64,000 nucleotides of DNA from Ranitomeya imitator (GCF_032444005.1 NC_091288.1:187302001-187366000); one strand, 5' to 3'. Positions 1-15,020 are shown, numbered from the stretch's first letter. Made by a program: numbers and translations. Notes: generated from the letters alone by a model not told the origin.

Positions 1-582
1 TCCAAGAAGCAGCCGAAGAAATCCGCCGCCAAGAAGAGCAATAAACCCTCCGGCCCCAGCGTCTCCGAGCTGATCGTGAAAGCCGTGTCCGCCTCCAAGG
101 AGCGCAGGGGGGTGTCTCTGGCCGCCCTGAAGAAGGTTCTGTCTGCCGGAGGATACGATGTAGAGAAGAACAACAGCCGCCTGAAGCTGGCCGTCAGGTC
201 TCTGGTCACCAAGGGCGCCCTCCTCCAGGTGAAGGGCAGCGGCGCCTCCGGGTCCTTCAAGCTGAACAAGAAGCAGGAGACGAAGGATAAAGTGGCCAAG
301 AAGAAGCCAGCAGCTGCGGCCAAACCCAAGAAACCCGCTGCTGCCAAGAAAGCCGCCAAATCTCCGAAGAAGCCCAAAAAGGCTCCGACCGCGGCCAAGA
401 AGAGCCCGAAAAAGGCCAAGAAGCCCGCAGCTGCCAAGAAAGCGGCCAAGAGCCCCAAGAAGCCGAAAGCCGCTCCCAAGCCCAAGAAGGTGACGAAGAG
501 TCCGGCTAAGAAGGCGGCCAAACCCGCCAAGAGTCCGGCTAAGAAGGCTGCGAAAGCCAAGAAGCCCGCGGCTAAGAAATAA
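1..582 (+). CDS. H1: Linker histone H1 (5' end outside window), unit 1
   Basis: Frame +1 from base 1 gives the winged-helix motif [25 protein letters not shown]...[13 protein letters not shown] and a K/A/P-rich tail, stop TAA at 580-582. Colinear with the full copy at offset 25,587. Confidence 0.97.
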   Translation, partial: SKKQPKKSAAKKSNKPSGPSVSELIVKAVSASKERRGVSLAALKKVLSAGGYDVEKNNSRLKLAVRSLVTKGALLQVKGSGASGSFKLNKKQETKDKVAKKKPAAAAKPKKPAAAKKAAKSPKKPKKAPTAAKKSPKKAKKPAAAKKAAKSPKKPKAAPKPKKVTKSPAKKAAKPAKSPAKKAAKAKKPAAKK

Positions 583-610
583 GCTGCAGCCCCTGTTCTG
601 TTACCACAAA

Positions 611-650
611 GGCTCTTATAAGAGCCACCACCTCCTCCCCGCAGAGCTGT
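611..650 (+). terminator. H1 histone 3' stem-loop (611-626), ACCA cleavage site and HDE (641-650)
   Basis: AAA-GGCTCT-TATA-AGAGCC-ACCA followed ~10 nt later by GCAGAGCTGT, matching the vertebrate HDE consensus (AAAGAGCTGT). Confidence 0.93.
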
Positions 651-3600
651 ATGATCAGTGCCACCACCTCCTCCCCGCAGAGCTGTATGATCAGTGCCAT
701 CACCTCCTCCCCGCAGAGCTGTATGATCAGTGCCACCACCTCCTCCCCGCAGAGCTGTATGATCAGTGCCACCACCTCCTCCCCGCAGAGCTGTATGATC
801 AGAGCCATCACCTCCCCGCAGAGCTGTATGATCAGAGCCATCACCTCCCCGCAGAGCTGTATGATCAGAGCCATCGCCTTCTCCCCGCAGAGCTGTATGA
901 TCAGTGCCACCACCTCCTCGCAGAGCTGTATGATCAGTGCCACTTTCTCCCCGCAGAGCTGTATGATCAGAGCCATCACCTTCTCCTCGCAGAGCTGTAT
1001 GATCAGAGCCACCTTCTCCCCGCAGAGCTGTATGATCAGTGCCACCACCTCCTCGCAGAGCTGTATGATCAGAGCCACCTTCTCCCCGCAGAGCTGTATG
1101 ATCAGAGCCATCACCTCCCCGCAGAGCTGTATGATCAGAGCCATCACCTTCTCCCCACAGAGCTGTATGATCAGAGCCACCTTCTCCCCGCAGAGCTGTA
1201 TGATCAGTGCCACCACCTCCTCGCAGAGCTGTATGATCAGAGCCACCTTCTCCCCGCAGAGCTGTATGATCAGAGCCATCACCTTCCCGCAGAGCTGTAT
1301 GATCAGTGTCACCACCTCCTCGCAGAGCTGTATGATCAGTGTCACCACCTCCTCGTCGCAGAGCTGTATGATCAGAGCCACCTTCTCCCCGCAGAGCTGT
1401 ATGATCAGAGCCATCACTTCCTCACCGCAGAGCTGTATGATCAGAGCCATCACCTCCCCGCAGAGCTGTATGATCAGAGGTATCACCTTCTCCCCGAAGA
1501 GCTGTATGATCAGTGCCACCACCTCCTCGCAGAGCTGTATGATCAGAGCCACCTTCTCCCCGCAGAGCTGTATGATCAGAGCCATCACCTTCTCCCCGCA
1601 GAGCTGTATGATCAGAGCCACCTTCTCCCAGCAGAGCTGTATGATCAGTGCCACCACCTCCTCGCAGAGCTGTATGATCAGAGCCACCACCTCCTCCCCG
1701 CAGAGCTGTATGATCAGAGCCATCACCTCGCCGCAGAGCTGTATGATCAGAGCCATCACCTTCTCTCCGCAGAGCTGTATGATCAGAGCCACCTTCTCCC
1801 CGCAGAGCTGTATGATCAGTGCCATCACCTCCTCGCAGAGCTGTATGATCAGAGCCACCTTCTCCCAGCAGAGCTGTATGATCAGAGCCATCACCTCCTC
1901 CCCGCAGAGCTGTATGATCAGAGCCATCACCTCCTCCCCGCAGAGCTGTATGATCAGTGACACCACCTCCTCCCCGCAGAGCTGTATGATCAGAGCCATC
2001 ACCTTCCCGCAGAGCTGTATGATCAGTGTCACCACCTCCTCGCAGAGCTGTATGATCAGTGTCACCACCTCCTCGTCGCAGAGCTGTATGATCAGAGCCA
2101 CCTTCTCCCCGCAGAGCTGTATGATCAGAGCCATCACTTCCTCACCGCAGAGCTGTATGATCAGAGCCATCACCTCCCCGCAGAGCTGTATGATCAGAGG
2201 TATCACCTTCTCCCCGAAGAGCTGTATGATCAGTGCCACCACCTCCTCGCAGAGCTGTATGATCAGAGCCACCTTCTCCCCGCAGAGCTGTATGATCAGA
2301 GCCATCACCTCCTCCCCGCAGAGCTGTATGATCAGAGCCACCTTCTCCCCGCAGAGCTGTATAATCAGTGCCACCACCTCCTCGCAGAGCTGTATGATCA
2401 GAGCCACCACCTCCTCCCCGCAGAGCTGTATGATCAGAGCCATCACCTCCCCGCAGAGCTGTATGATCAGAGCCATCACTTTCTCTCCGCAGAGCTGTAT
2501 GATCAGAGCCACCTTCTCCCCGCAGAGCTGTATGATCAGTGCCATCACCTCCTCGCAGAGCTGTATGATCAGAGCCACCTTCTCCCAGCAGAGCTGTATG
2601 ATCAGAGCCATCACCTCCTCCCCGCAGAGCTGTATGATCAGAGCCATCACCTCCTCCCCGCAGAGCTGTATGATCAGTGCCACCACCTCCTCCCCGCAGA
2701 GCTGTATGATCAGTGCCATCACCTCCTCCCCGCAGAGCTGTATGATTAGTGCCACCACCTCCTCCCCGCAGAGCTGTATGATCAGTGCCACCACCTCCTC
2801 CCCGCAGAGCTGTATGATCAGAGCCATCACCTCCTCCCCGCAGAGCTGTATGATCAGAGCCATCACCTTCTCCCCGCAGAGCTGTATGATCAGAGCCACC
2901 TTCTCCCCGCAGAGCTGTATGATCAGTGCCACCACCTCCTCCTCGCAGAGCTGTATGATCAGAGCCACCACCTCCTCCCCGCAGAGCTGTATGACCAGAG
3001 CCATCACCTCCCCGCAGAGCTGTATGATCAGAGCCATCGCCTTCTCCCCGCAGAGCTGTATGATCAGTGCCACCACCTCCTCGCAGAGCTGTATGATCAG
3101 TGCCACTTTCTCCCCGCAGAGCTGTATGATCAGAGCCATCACCTTCTCCTCGCAGAGCTGTATGATCAGAGCCACCTTCTCCCCGCAGAGCTGTATGATC
3201 AGTGCCACCACCTCCTCGCAGAGCTGTATGATCAGAGCCACCTTCTCCCCGCAGAGCTGTATGATCAGAGCCATCACCTCCCCGCAGAGCTGTATGATCA
3301 GAGCCATCACCTTCTCCCCACAGAGCTGTATGATCAGAGCCACCTTCTCCCCGCAGAGCTGTATGATCAGTGCCACCACCTCCTCGCAGAGCTGTATGAT
3401 CAGAGCCACCTTCTCCCCGCAGAGCTGTATGATCAGAGCCATCACCTTCCCGCAGAGCTGTATGATCAGTGTCACCACCTCCTCGCAGAGCTGTATGATC
3501 AGTGTCACCACCTCCTCGTCGCAGAGCTGTATGATCAGAGCCACCTTCTCCCCGCAGAGCTGTATGATCAGAGCCATCACTTCCTCACCGCAGAGCTGTA

Positions 3601-6600
3601 TGATCAGAGCCATCACCTCCCCGCAGAGCTGTATGATCAGAGGTATCACCTTCTCCCCGAAGAGCTGTATGATCAGTGCCACCACCTCCTCGCAGAGCTG
3701 TATGATCAGAGCCACCTTCTCCCCGCAGAGCTGTATGATCAGAGCCATCACCTTCTCCCCGCAGAGCTGTATGATCAGAGCCACCTTCTCCCCGCAGAGC
3801 TGTATGATCAGTGCCACCACCTCCTCGCAGAGCTGTATGATCAGAGCCACCACCTCCTCCCCGCAGAGCTGTATGATCAGAGCCATCACCTCCCCGCAGA
3901 GCTGTATGATCAGAGCCATCACCTTCTCTCCGCAGAGCTGTATGATCAGAGCCACCTTCTCCCCGCAGAGCTGTATGATCAGTGCCATCACCTCCTCGCA
4001 GAGCTGTATGATCAGAGCCACCTTCTCCCAGCAGAGCTGTATGATCAGAGCCATCACCTCCTCCCCGCAGAGCTGTATGATCAGAGCCATCACCTCCTCC
4101 CCGCAGAGCTGTATGATCAGTGACACCACCTCCTCGCAGAGCTGTATGATCAGTGCCACCTTCTCCCCGCAGAGCTGTATGATCAGAGCCATCACCTTCT
4201 CCCCGCAGATCTGTATGATCAGAGCCACCTTCTCCCCGCAGAGCTGTATGATCAGAGCCACCTTCTCCCCGCAGAGCTGTATGATCAGAGCCACCACCTC
4301 CTCCACGCAGAGCTGTATGATCAGAGCCACCACCTCCTCCCCGCAGAGCTGTATGATCAGTGCCACCACCTCCTCGCAGAGCTGTATGATCAGAGCCACC
4401 TTCTCCCCGCAGAGCTGTATGATCAGAGCCATCACCTTCTCCCCGCAGAGCTGTATGATCAGAGCCACCTTCTCCCCGCAGAGCTGTATGATCAGTGCCA
4501 CCACCTCCTCGCAGAGCTGTATGATCAGAGCCACCACCTCCTCCCCGCAGAGCTGTATGATCAGAGCCATCACCTCCCCGCAGAGCTGTATGATCAGAGC
4601 CATCACCTTCTCTCCGCAGAGCTGTATGATCAGAGCCACCTTCTCCCCGCAGAGCTGTATGATCAGTGCCACCACCTCCTCGCAGAGCTGTATGATCAGT
4701 GCCACTTTCTCCCCGCAGAGCTGTATGATCAGAGCCATCACCTTCTCCTCGCAGAGCTGTATGATCAGAGCCACCTTCTCCCCGCAGAGCTGTATGATCA
4801 GTGCCACCACCTCCTCGCAGAGCTGTATGATCAGAGCCACCTTCTCCCCGCAGAGCTGTATGATCAGAGCCACCTTCTCCCCGCAGAGCTGTATGATCAG
4901 TGCCACCACCTCCTCGCCGAGCTGTATGATCAGTGCCACCTTCTCCCCGCAGAGCTGTATGATCAGAGCCATCACCTCCCCGCAGAGCTGTATGATCAGA
5001 GCCATCACCTCCCCGCAGAGCTGTATGATCAGAGCCATCACCTTCTCCCCGCAGAGCTGTATGATCAGAGCCACCTTCTCCCCGCAGAGCTGTATGATCA
5101 GTGCCACCACCTCCTCGCCGAGCTGTATGATCAGTGCCACCTTCTCCCCGCAGAGCTGTATGATCAGAGCCATCACCTTCCCGCAGAGCTGTATGATCAG
5201 TGCCACCACCTCCTCGCACAGCTGTATGATCAGTGCCACCTTCTCCCCGCAGAGCTGTATGATCAGAGCCACCACCTCCTCGCAGAGCTGTATGATCAGA
5301 GCCACCTTCTCCCCGCAGAGCTGTATGATCAGAGCCATCACCTTCTCCCGGCAGAGCTGTATGATCAGAGCCACCTTCTCCCCGCAGAGCTGTATGATCA
5401 GTGCCACCACCTCCTCGCAGAGCTGTATGATCAGAGCCACCACCTCCTCCCCGCAGAGCTGTATGATCAGAGCCATCACCTCCCCGCAGAGCTGTATGAT
5501 CAGAGCCATCACCTTCTCTCCGCAGAGCTGTATGATCAGAGCCACCTTCTCCCCGCAGAGCTGTATGATCAGTGCCACCACCTCCTCGCAGAGCTGTATG
5601 ATCAGTGCCACTTTCTCCCCGCAGAGCTGTATGATCAGTGCCACCACCTCCTCGCAGAGCTGTATGATCAGAGCCACCTTCTCCCCGCAGAGCTGTATGG
5701 TCAGAGCCATCACCTTCCCGCAGAGCTGTATGATCAGTGTCACCACCTCCTCGCAGAGCTGTATGATCAGTGTCACCACCTCCTCGTCGCAGAGCTGTAT
5801 GATCAGAGCCACCTTCTCCCCGCAGAGCTGTATGATCAGAGCCATCACTTCCTCACCGCAGAGCTGTATGATCAGAGCCATCACCTCCCCGCAGAGCTGT
5901 ATGATCAGAGGTATCACCTTCTCCACGAAGAGCTGTATGATCAGTGCCACCACCTCCTCGCAGAGCTGTATGATCAGAGCCACCTTCTCCCCGCAGAGCT
6001 GTATGATCAGAGCCATCACCTTCTCCCCGCAGAGCTGTATGATCAGAGCCACCTTCTCCCCGCAGAGCTGTATGATCAGTGCCACCACCTCCTCGCAGAG
6101 CTGTATGATCAGAGCCACCACCTCCTCCCCGCAGAGCTGTATGATCAGAGCCATCACCTCCCCGCAGAGCTGTATGATCAGAGCCATCACCTTCTCTCCG
6201 CAGAGCTGTATGATCAGAGCCACCTTCTCCCCGCAGAGCTGTATGATCAGTGCCATCACCTCCTCGCAGAGCTGTATGATCAGAGCCACCTTCTCCCAGC
6301 AGAGCTGTATGATCAGAGCCATCACCTCCTCCCCGCAGAGCTGTATGATCAGAGCCATCACCTCCTCCCCGCAGAGCTGTATGATCAGTGACACCACCTC
6401 CTCGCAGAGCTGTATGATCAGTGCCACCTTCTCCCCGCAGAGCTGTATGATCAGAGCCATCACCTTCTCCCCGCAAATCTGTATGATCAGATCCACCTTC
6501 TCCCCGCAGAGCTGTATGATCAGAGCCACCTTCTCCCCGCAGAGCTGTATGATCAGAGCCACCACCTCCTCCACGCAGAGCTGTATGATCAGAGCCACCA

Positions 6601-9600
6601 CCTCCTCCCCGCAGAGCTGTATGATCAGAGCCATCACCTTCTCCCCACAGAGCTGTATGATCAGAGCCACCTTCTCCCCGCAGAGCTGTATGATCAGTGC
6701 CACCAACTCCTCGCAGAGCTGTATGATCAGTGCCACTTTCTCCCCGCAGAGCTGTATGATCAGAGCCATCACCTTCTCCCCGCAGATCTGTATGATCAGA
6801 GCCACCTTCTCCCCGCAGAGCTGTATGATCAGAGCCACCTTCTCCCCGCAGAGCTGTATGATCAGAGCCACCACCTCCTCCACGCAGAGCTGTATGATCA
6901 GAGCCACCTTCTCCCCGCAGAGCTGTATGATCAGAGGCATCACCTTCTCCCCGCAGAGCTGTATGATCAGAGCCACCTTCTCCCCGCAGAGCTGTATGAT
7001 CAGTGCCACCACCTCCTCGCAGAGCTGTATGATCAGAGCCACCACCTCCTCCCCGCAGAGCTGTATGATCAGAGCCATCACCTCCCCGCAGAGCTGTATG
7101 ACCAGAGCCATCACCTTCTCTCCGCAGAGCTGTATGATCAGAGCCACCTTCTCCCCGCAGAGCTGTATGATCAGTGCCACCACCTCCTCGCAGAGCTGTA
7201 TGATCAGTGCCACTTTCTCCCCGCAGAGCTGTATGATCAGAGCCATCACCTTCTCCTCGCAGAGCTGTATGATCAGAGCCACCTTCTCCCCGCAGAGCTG
7301 TATGATCAGTGCCACCACCTCCTCGCAGAGCTGTATGATCAGAGCCACCTTCTCCCCGCAGAGCTGTATGATCAGAGCCACCTTCTCCCCGCAGAGCTGT
7401 ATGATCAGTGCCACCACCTCCTCGCCGAGCTGTATGATCAGGGCCACCTTCTCCCCGCAGAGCTGTATGATCAGAGCCATCACCTCCCCGCAGAGCTGTA
7501 TGATCAGAGCCATCACCTCCCCGCAGAGCTGTATGATCAGAGCCATCACCTTCTCCCCGCAGAGCTGTATGATCAGAGCCACCTTCTCCCCGCAGAGCTG
7601 TATGATCAGTGCCACCACCTCCTCGCCGAGCTGTATGATCAGTGCCACCTTCTCCCCGCAGAGCTGTATGATCAGAGCCATCACCTTCCCGCAGAGCTGT
7701 ATGATCAGTGCCACCACCTCCTCGCACAGCTGTATGATCAGTGCCACCTTCTCCCCGCAGAGCTGTATGATCAGAGCCACCACCTCCTCGCAGAGCTGTA
7801 TGATCAGAGCCACCTTCTCCCCGCAGAGCTGTATGATCAGAGCCATCACCTTCTCCCGGCAGAGCTGTATGATCAGAGCCACCTTCTCCCCGCAGAGCTG
7901 TATGATCAGTGCCACCACCTCCTCGCAGAGCTGTATGATCAGAGCCACCACCTCCTCCCCGCAGAGCTGTATGATCAGAGCCATCACCTCCCCGCAGAGC
8001 TGTATGATCAGAGCCATCACCTTCTCTCCGCAGAGCTGTATGATCAGAGCCACCTTCTCCCCGCAGAGCAGTATGATCAGTGCCACCACCTCCTCGCAGA
8101 GCTGTATGATCAGTGCCACTTTCTCCCCGCAGAGCTGTATGATCAGAGCCATCACCTTCTCCTCGCAGAGCTGTATGATCAGTGCCACCACCTTCTCGCA
8201 GAGCTGTATGATCAGAGCCACCTTCTCCCCGCAGAGCTGTATGATCAGAGCCATCACCTCCCCGCAGAGCTGTATCATCAGAGCCATCACCTTCTCCCCA
8301 CAGAGCTGTATGTTCAGAGCCACCTTCTCCCCGCAGAGCTGCTTGATCAGTGCCACCACCTCCTCGCAGAGCTGTATGATCAGAGCCACCTTCTCCCCGC
8401 AGAGCTGTATGATCAGAGCCATCACCTTCCCGCAGAGCTGTATGATCAGTGTCACCACCTCCTCGCAGAGCTGTATGATCAGTGTCACCACCTCCTCGTC
8501 GCAGAGCTGTATGATCAGAGCCACCTTCTCCCCGCAGAGCTGTATGATCAGAGCCATCACTTCCTCACCGCAGAGCTGTATGATCAGAGCCATCACCTCC
8601 CCGCAGAGCTGTATGATCAGAGGTATCACCTTCTCCCCGAAGAGCTGTATGATCAGTGCCACCACCTCCTCGCAGAGCTGTATGATCAGAGGCACCTTCT
8701 CCCCGCAGAGCTGTATGATCAGAGCCATCACCTTCTCCCCGCAGAGCTGTATGATCAGAGCCACCTTCTCCCCGCAGAGCTGTATGATCAGTGCCACCAC
8801 CTCCTCGCAGAGCTGTATGATCAGAGCCACCACCTCCTCCCCGCAGAGCTGTATGATCAGAGCCATCACCTCCCCGCAGAGCTGTATGATCAGAGCCATC
8901 ACCTTCTCTCCGCAGAGCTGTATGATCAGAGCCACCTTCTCCCCGCAGAGCTGTATGATCAGTGCCACCACCTCCTCGCAGAGCTGTATGATCAGAGCCA
9001 CCTTCTCCCCGCAGAGCTGTATGATCAGAGCCATCACCTTCCCGCAGAGCTGTATGATCAGTGCCACCACCTTCTCGCAGAGCTGTATGATCAGTGCCAC
9101 CTTCTCCCCGCAGAGCTGTATGATCAGAGCCACCACCTCCTCGCAGAGCTGTATGATCAGAGCCACCTTCTCCCCGCAGAGCTGTATGATCAGAGCCATC
9201 ACCTTCTCCCCGCAGAGCTGTATGATCAGAGCCACCTTCTCCCCGCAGAGCTGTATGATCAGTGCCACCACCTCCTCGCCGAGCTGTATGATCAGTGCCA
9301 CCACCTCCTCGCAGAGCTGTATGATCAGTGCCACCTTCTCCCCGCAGAGCTGTATGATCAGAGCCATCACCTCCCCGCAGAGCTGTATGATCAGAGCCAT
9401 CACCTCCCCGCAGAGCTGTATGATCAGAGCCATCACCTTCTCCCCGCAGAGCTGTATGATCAGAGCCACCTTCTCCCCGCAGAGCTGTATGATCAGTGCC
9501 ACCACCTCCTCGCCGAGCTGTATGATCAGTGCCACCTTCTCCCCGCAGAGCTGTATGATCAGAGCCATCACCTTCCCGCAGAGCTGTATGATCAGTGCCA

Positions 9601-11005
9601 CCACCTCCTCGCAGAGCTGTATGATCAGTGCCACCTTCTCCCCGCAGAGCTGTATGATCAGAGCCACCACCTCCTCGCAGAGCTGTATGATCAGAGCCAC
9701 CTTCTCCCCGCAGAGCTGTATGATCAGAGCCATCACCTTCTCCCCGCAGAGCTGTATGATCAGAGCCAACTTCTCCCCGCAGAGCTGTATGATCAGTGCC
9801 ACCACCTCCTCGCAGAGCTGTATGATCAGAGCCACCACCTCCTCCCCGCAGAGCTGTATGATCAGAGCCATCACCTCCCCGCAGAGCTGTATGATCAGAG
9901 CCATCACCTTCTCTCCGCAGAGCTGTATGATCAGAGCCACCACCTCCTCGCAGAGCTGTATGATCAGTGCCACTTTCTCCCCGCAGAGCTGTATGATCAG
10001 AGCCATCACCTTCTCCTCGCAGAGCTGTATGATCAGAGCCAACTTCTCCCCGCAGAGCTGTATGATCAGTGCCACCACCTCCTCGCAGAGCTGTATGATC
10101 AGAGCCACCTTCTCCCCGCAGAGCTGTATGATCAGAGCCATCACCTCCCCGCAGAGCTGTATGATCAGAGCCATCACCTTCTCCCCACAGAGCTGTATGA
10201 TCAGAGCCACCTTCTCCCCGCAGAGCTGTATGATCAGTGCCACCACCTCCTCGCAGAGCTGTATGATCAGAGCCACCTTCTCCCCGCAGAGCTGTATGAT
10301 CAGAGCCATCACCTTCCCGCAGAGCTGTATGATCAGTGCCACCACCTCCTCGCAGAGCTGTATGATCAGAGCCATCACCTTCTCTCCGCAGAGCTGTATG
10401 ATCAGAGCCACCTTCTCCCCGCAGAGCTGTATGATCAGTGCCACCACCTCCTCGCAGAGCTGTATGATCAGTGCCACCTTCTCCCCGCAGAGCTGTATGA
10501 TCAGTGCCACCACCTCCTCCCCGCAGAGCTGTATGATCAGAGCCAACACCTCCTCCCCGCAGAGCTGTATGATCAGAGCCACCTCTTCCCCGCAGAGCTG
10601 TATGATCAGTGCCACCACCTCCTCCCCGCAGAGCTGTATGATTAGTGCCACCACCTCCTCCCCGCAGAGCTGTATGATCAGAGCCACCACCTCCTCCTCG
10701 CAGATCTGTATTAGTGCCACCACCTCCTCCCCGCAGAGCTGTATGATCAGAGCCATCACCTCCTCCCCGCAGAGCTGTATGATTAGTGCCACCACCTCCT
10801 CCCCGCAGAGCTGTATGATCAGTGCCATCACCTCCTCCCCGCAGAGCTTTATTATCAGAGCCACCACCTCCTCCCCACAGAGCTGTATGATCAGAGCCAC
10901 CACCTCCTCCCCGCAGAGCTGTATGATCAGAGCCATCACCTCCTCCCCGCAGAGCTGTATGATCAGTGCCATCACCTCCTCCCCGCAGAGCTGTATGATC
11001 AGAGC
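620..11005. repeat. H1-downstream minisatellite array 1 (~300 monomers of 33/36 bp)
   Basis: Tandem AG(A/T)GCCA[C-rich 9-12 nt variable]CGCAGAGCTGTATGATC. It begins in the 3' arm of the H1 stem-loop and ends at ...TATGATCAGAGC|AGGG. Internal 720-bp period (lines 1261 and 1981 are identical). Confidence 0.98.
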
Positions 11006-11226
11006 AGGGAATAATAACAATATCCAAACAATAATCAATAAGCGCCTCAGAAAAGTGGGGTCGAGACAACACTGGTATAGCCCCCCTATTAATATTACCC
11101 AGATGTCTCGGGTTATAAGGACAACTCCAATAAACATACAAAACCAAAGAAAGGAGTGAACCAGTCCCACAAAACATAATACAAATCAATATCCACAAAA
11201 ATACATAAAACACATAAATCCAGTAA

Positions 11227-11913
<687 letters not shown>

Positions 11914-11942
11914 ATCTGCCCCGGCAGCGACCACAACACAAA

Positions 11943-11958
11943 GGCTCTTTTCAGAGCC
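11943..11958 (+). terminator. H3 histone 3' stem-loop
   Basis: GGCTCT-TTTC-AGAGCC-ACCA, canonical. Confidence 0.95.
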
Positions 11959-12880
11959 ACCAAATCCTTCCACAAATGAGCCGAGTCCTGAACGGTCCCT
12001 CTTCTGCGCGTATTCTCCGTGTAGGAAGCGCAGGCACGGCCGATCAGTTAATAGACGGCGGCTGCTGCTTCAGATATTGTAGGTGATCAGCGATATTAGT
12101 TATTAAAGGACGGGGTAAAGTGTGTACAGTGCACAGCCCAGGTCTGTGGTGGTGGATATGCGGTTCCTGTACAGCGCAAAGTAAATGGGGTGGATCTGCA
12201 GGAACGCGGTCACTAAGGAGTTAATGGAGTAAAAGTAATCGGTGATTGGTCGGTTCCTGAGCACGGTTCTTTAGGCTGATGTTTTGTGGTCATTTACCAA
12301 TCCGGTGGATTTGAAATTGCTGCTCGCGCTCCCGAGGATCATAACCGATCACAATCTGCTGTCGCACGCGCTGGGTCCTAGTGCCGCCTCCTCAGTCCTG
12401 CGGCTTTAGGTTGTTTTCTATTTTTCTGATCGGAGATCTCTGCGCTTAGTTTCTGTTAATAACCTCATTTGTCCCCCAGATCGGTTAAGGCGCCTTTATG
12501 TGAATCTATTCTGCCTGACACTGATCTGAGCAGATCCCTCCGTGTGCTGCGATGGTCGCTACAGATCACATTTGTGGTGGGTCGTTATGTAATTCTGGTA
12601 TATTTGACTTTTCCCATCTTCTCCAGGGCTGGAGCCGCAGGGGGACTGGTTACATGCAGCTCCCTGCTCTGAGGGACTGGTAATGGCCGGCACCACGTGT
12701 AATGATGAGTGACTGCCGGGGAGCAGATGAGTTCTCTGTAGATCATTGTCCCTAAAATATACTTTTATTCTACTTTCTAACATTTGGCAGAAGCTGGAAA
12801 CTAGCAACAGAAATAACAATGACAAAAATCTAGATGACCAACAGATCGAGCAGCGGCGCCGAGATTAGAAGAATAGAGAA

Positions 12881-13414
<534 letters not shown>

Positions 13415-13439
13415 TTGTGTTCTGTCCTCACAACCCAAA

Positions 13440-13455
13440 GGCTCTTATCAGAGCC
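13440..13455 (+). terminator. H4 histone 3' stem-loop
   Basis: GGCTCT-TATC-AGAGCC followed by GCCCA and purine-rich GTGAGAGGCTG. Confidence 0.92.
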
Positions 13456-13925
13456 GCCCACATCTCCGTGAGAGGCTGCACCTGACTGCTCGGACCTGAC
13501 TTCTGCTCTCCCCTGGTGCTATCGCTGTAATGCTGGTACAATGCTCATCAGTGCCGACTTCTCCGCATACTACGGGGTCGGAAATCTTACATTGTGGCGG
13601 ATGGTAATTCTGACACTGCTCCGCGGTCCCGGTACCGTCCTCTGATGCTGTGTGGGCGGATGGTTCTGTTGCTCTTATCAGAGCCGCCACATTGATAAGA
13701 ACAAGCTGTGATCTCCGCTGTGTGATGCGGCATCTGCTGTAATATGCGCCACCGGCGGCTAAACCGGAAGATCATCGGATGGAATATCCACAGCTATATA
13801 CATTTATATTTCAGCACTGGGCACTTACTGCACTATACCGCTGTATCACAGTGTGCAGCACTATATGGGGGTACAAAGAACTGTTCGGAAAGATGCATTA
13901 CTGTATAGAGGTGATTATTCGTATT

Positions 13926-13982
13926 CACATGTAAAGCGCCATGGAATAAATGGCGCTATAAAAATGTATAATAATAATAAAA
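13926..13982 (+). mobile_element. L2-type LINE/SINE 3' tail fragment
   Basis: TGTAAAGCGCCATGGAATAAATGGCGCTATA hairpin plus (AAT)n tail; same family as the 3' end of the L2 at 18909. Unit 2 copy at ~46518-46575. Confidence 0.7.
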
Positions 13983-14434
13983 ATTATTTCTACATGGAAG
14001 GTTCACAGCTGTATGTGGGGATTTCTGCATTACAGGGGGCATACAGCGGTATACAGATGGGCACTGCATTGTTATATGGAGGTATACAGAATTACACGGG
14101 GTTCCCAGCACCATCTGGAGACATTACTGCAATATACGGAGTGTAACATGTCGGCGCTGCACTGTAACTGTCTGCATAATGTGGCACAATCATTTGTCAG
14201 TAAGTTGTAGTATATGGGGGTACTGTGCACTATACAGATGAATAGCAGCACTATATTGGAGTATACTGCAGCACATGAAGGGTAAACAGAGCTACATGAA
14301 CACATAGAGCACTATATGAGGGTGCACTGCGGTATATGGCGCTTCACAGCACTATTTAGATGTATTCAGCATTATAAGTGCTTTACAGCGCTATATGGAG
14401 GGTGCTGAAAAGCGAAATATCAGCTGCAGAACCA

Positions 14435-14990
<556 letters not shown>

Positions 14991-15020
14991 TCGGCTCCGT
15001 GCTCTGCTCCTCACCCCAAA

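Noticed and set aside
572-11170. 3,532-aa, 3,502-aa and other giant ORFs (LIIQLC / QSCMI / DHTALR repeats) as proteins
   Set aside because: They arise automatically from 33/36-bp monomers lacking stops in several frames. The homologous frames in array 2 are interrupted by stops, and there is no promoter or domain evidence.
13790-14400. Degenerate GCACTATATGGGGG-like periodicity in the H4-H2B spacer
   Set aside because: Too decayed to define a unit; an ordinary low-complexity relic.
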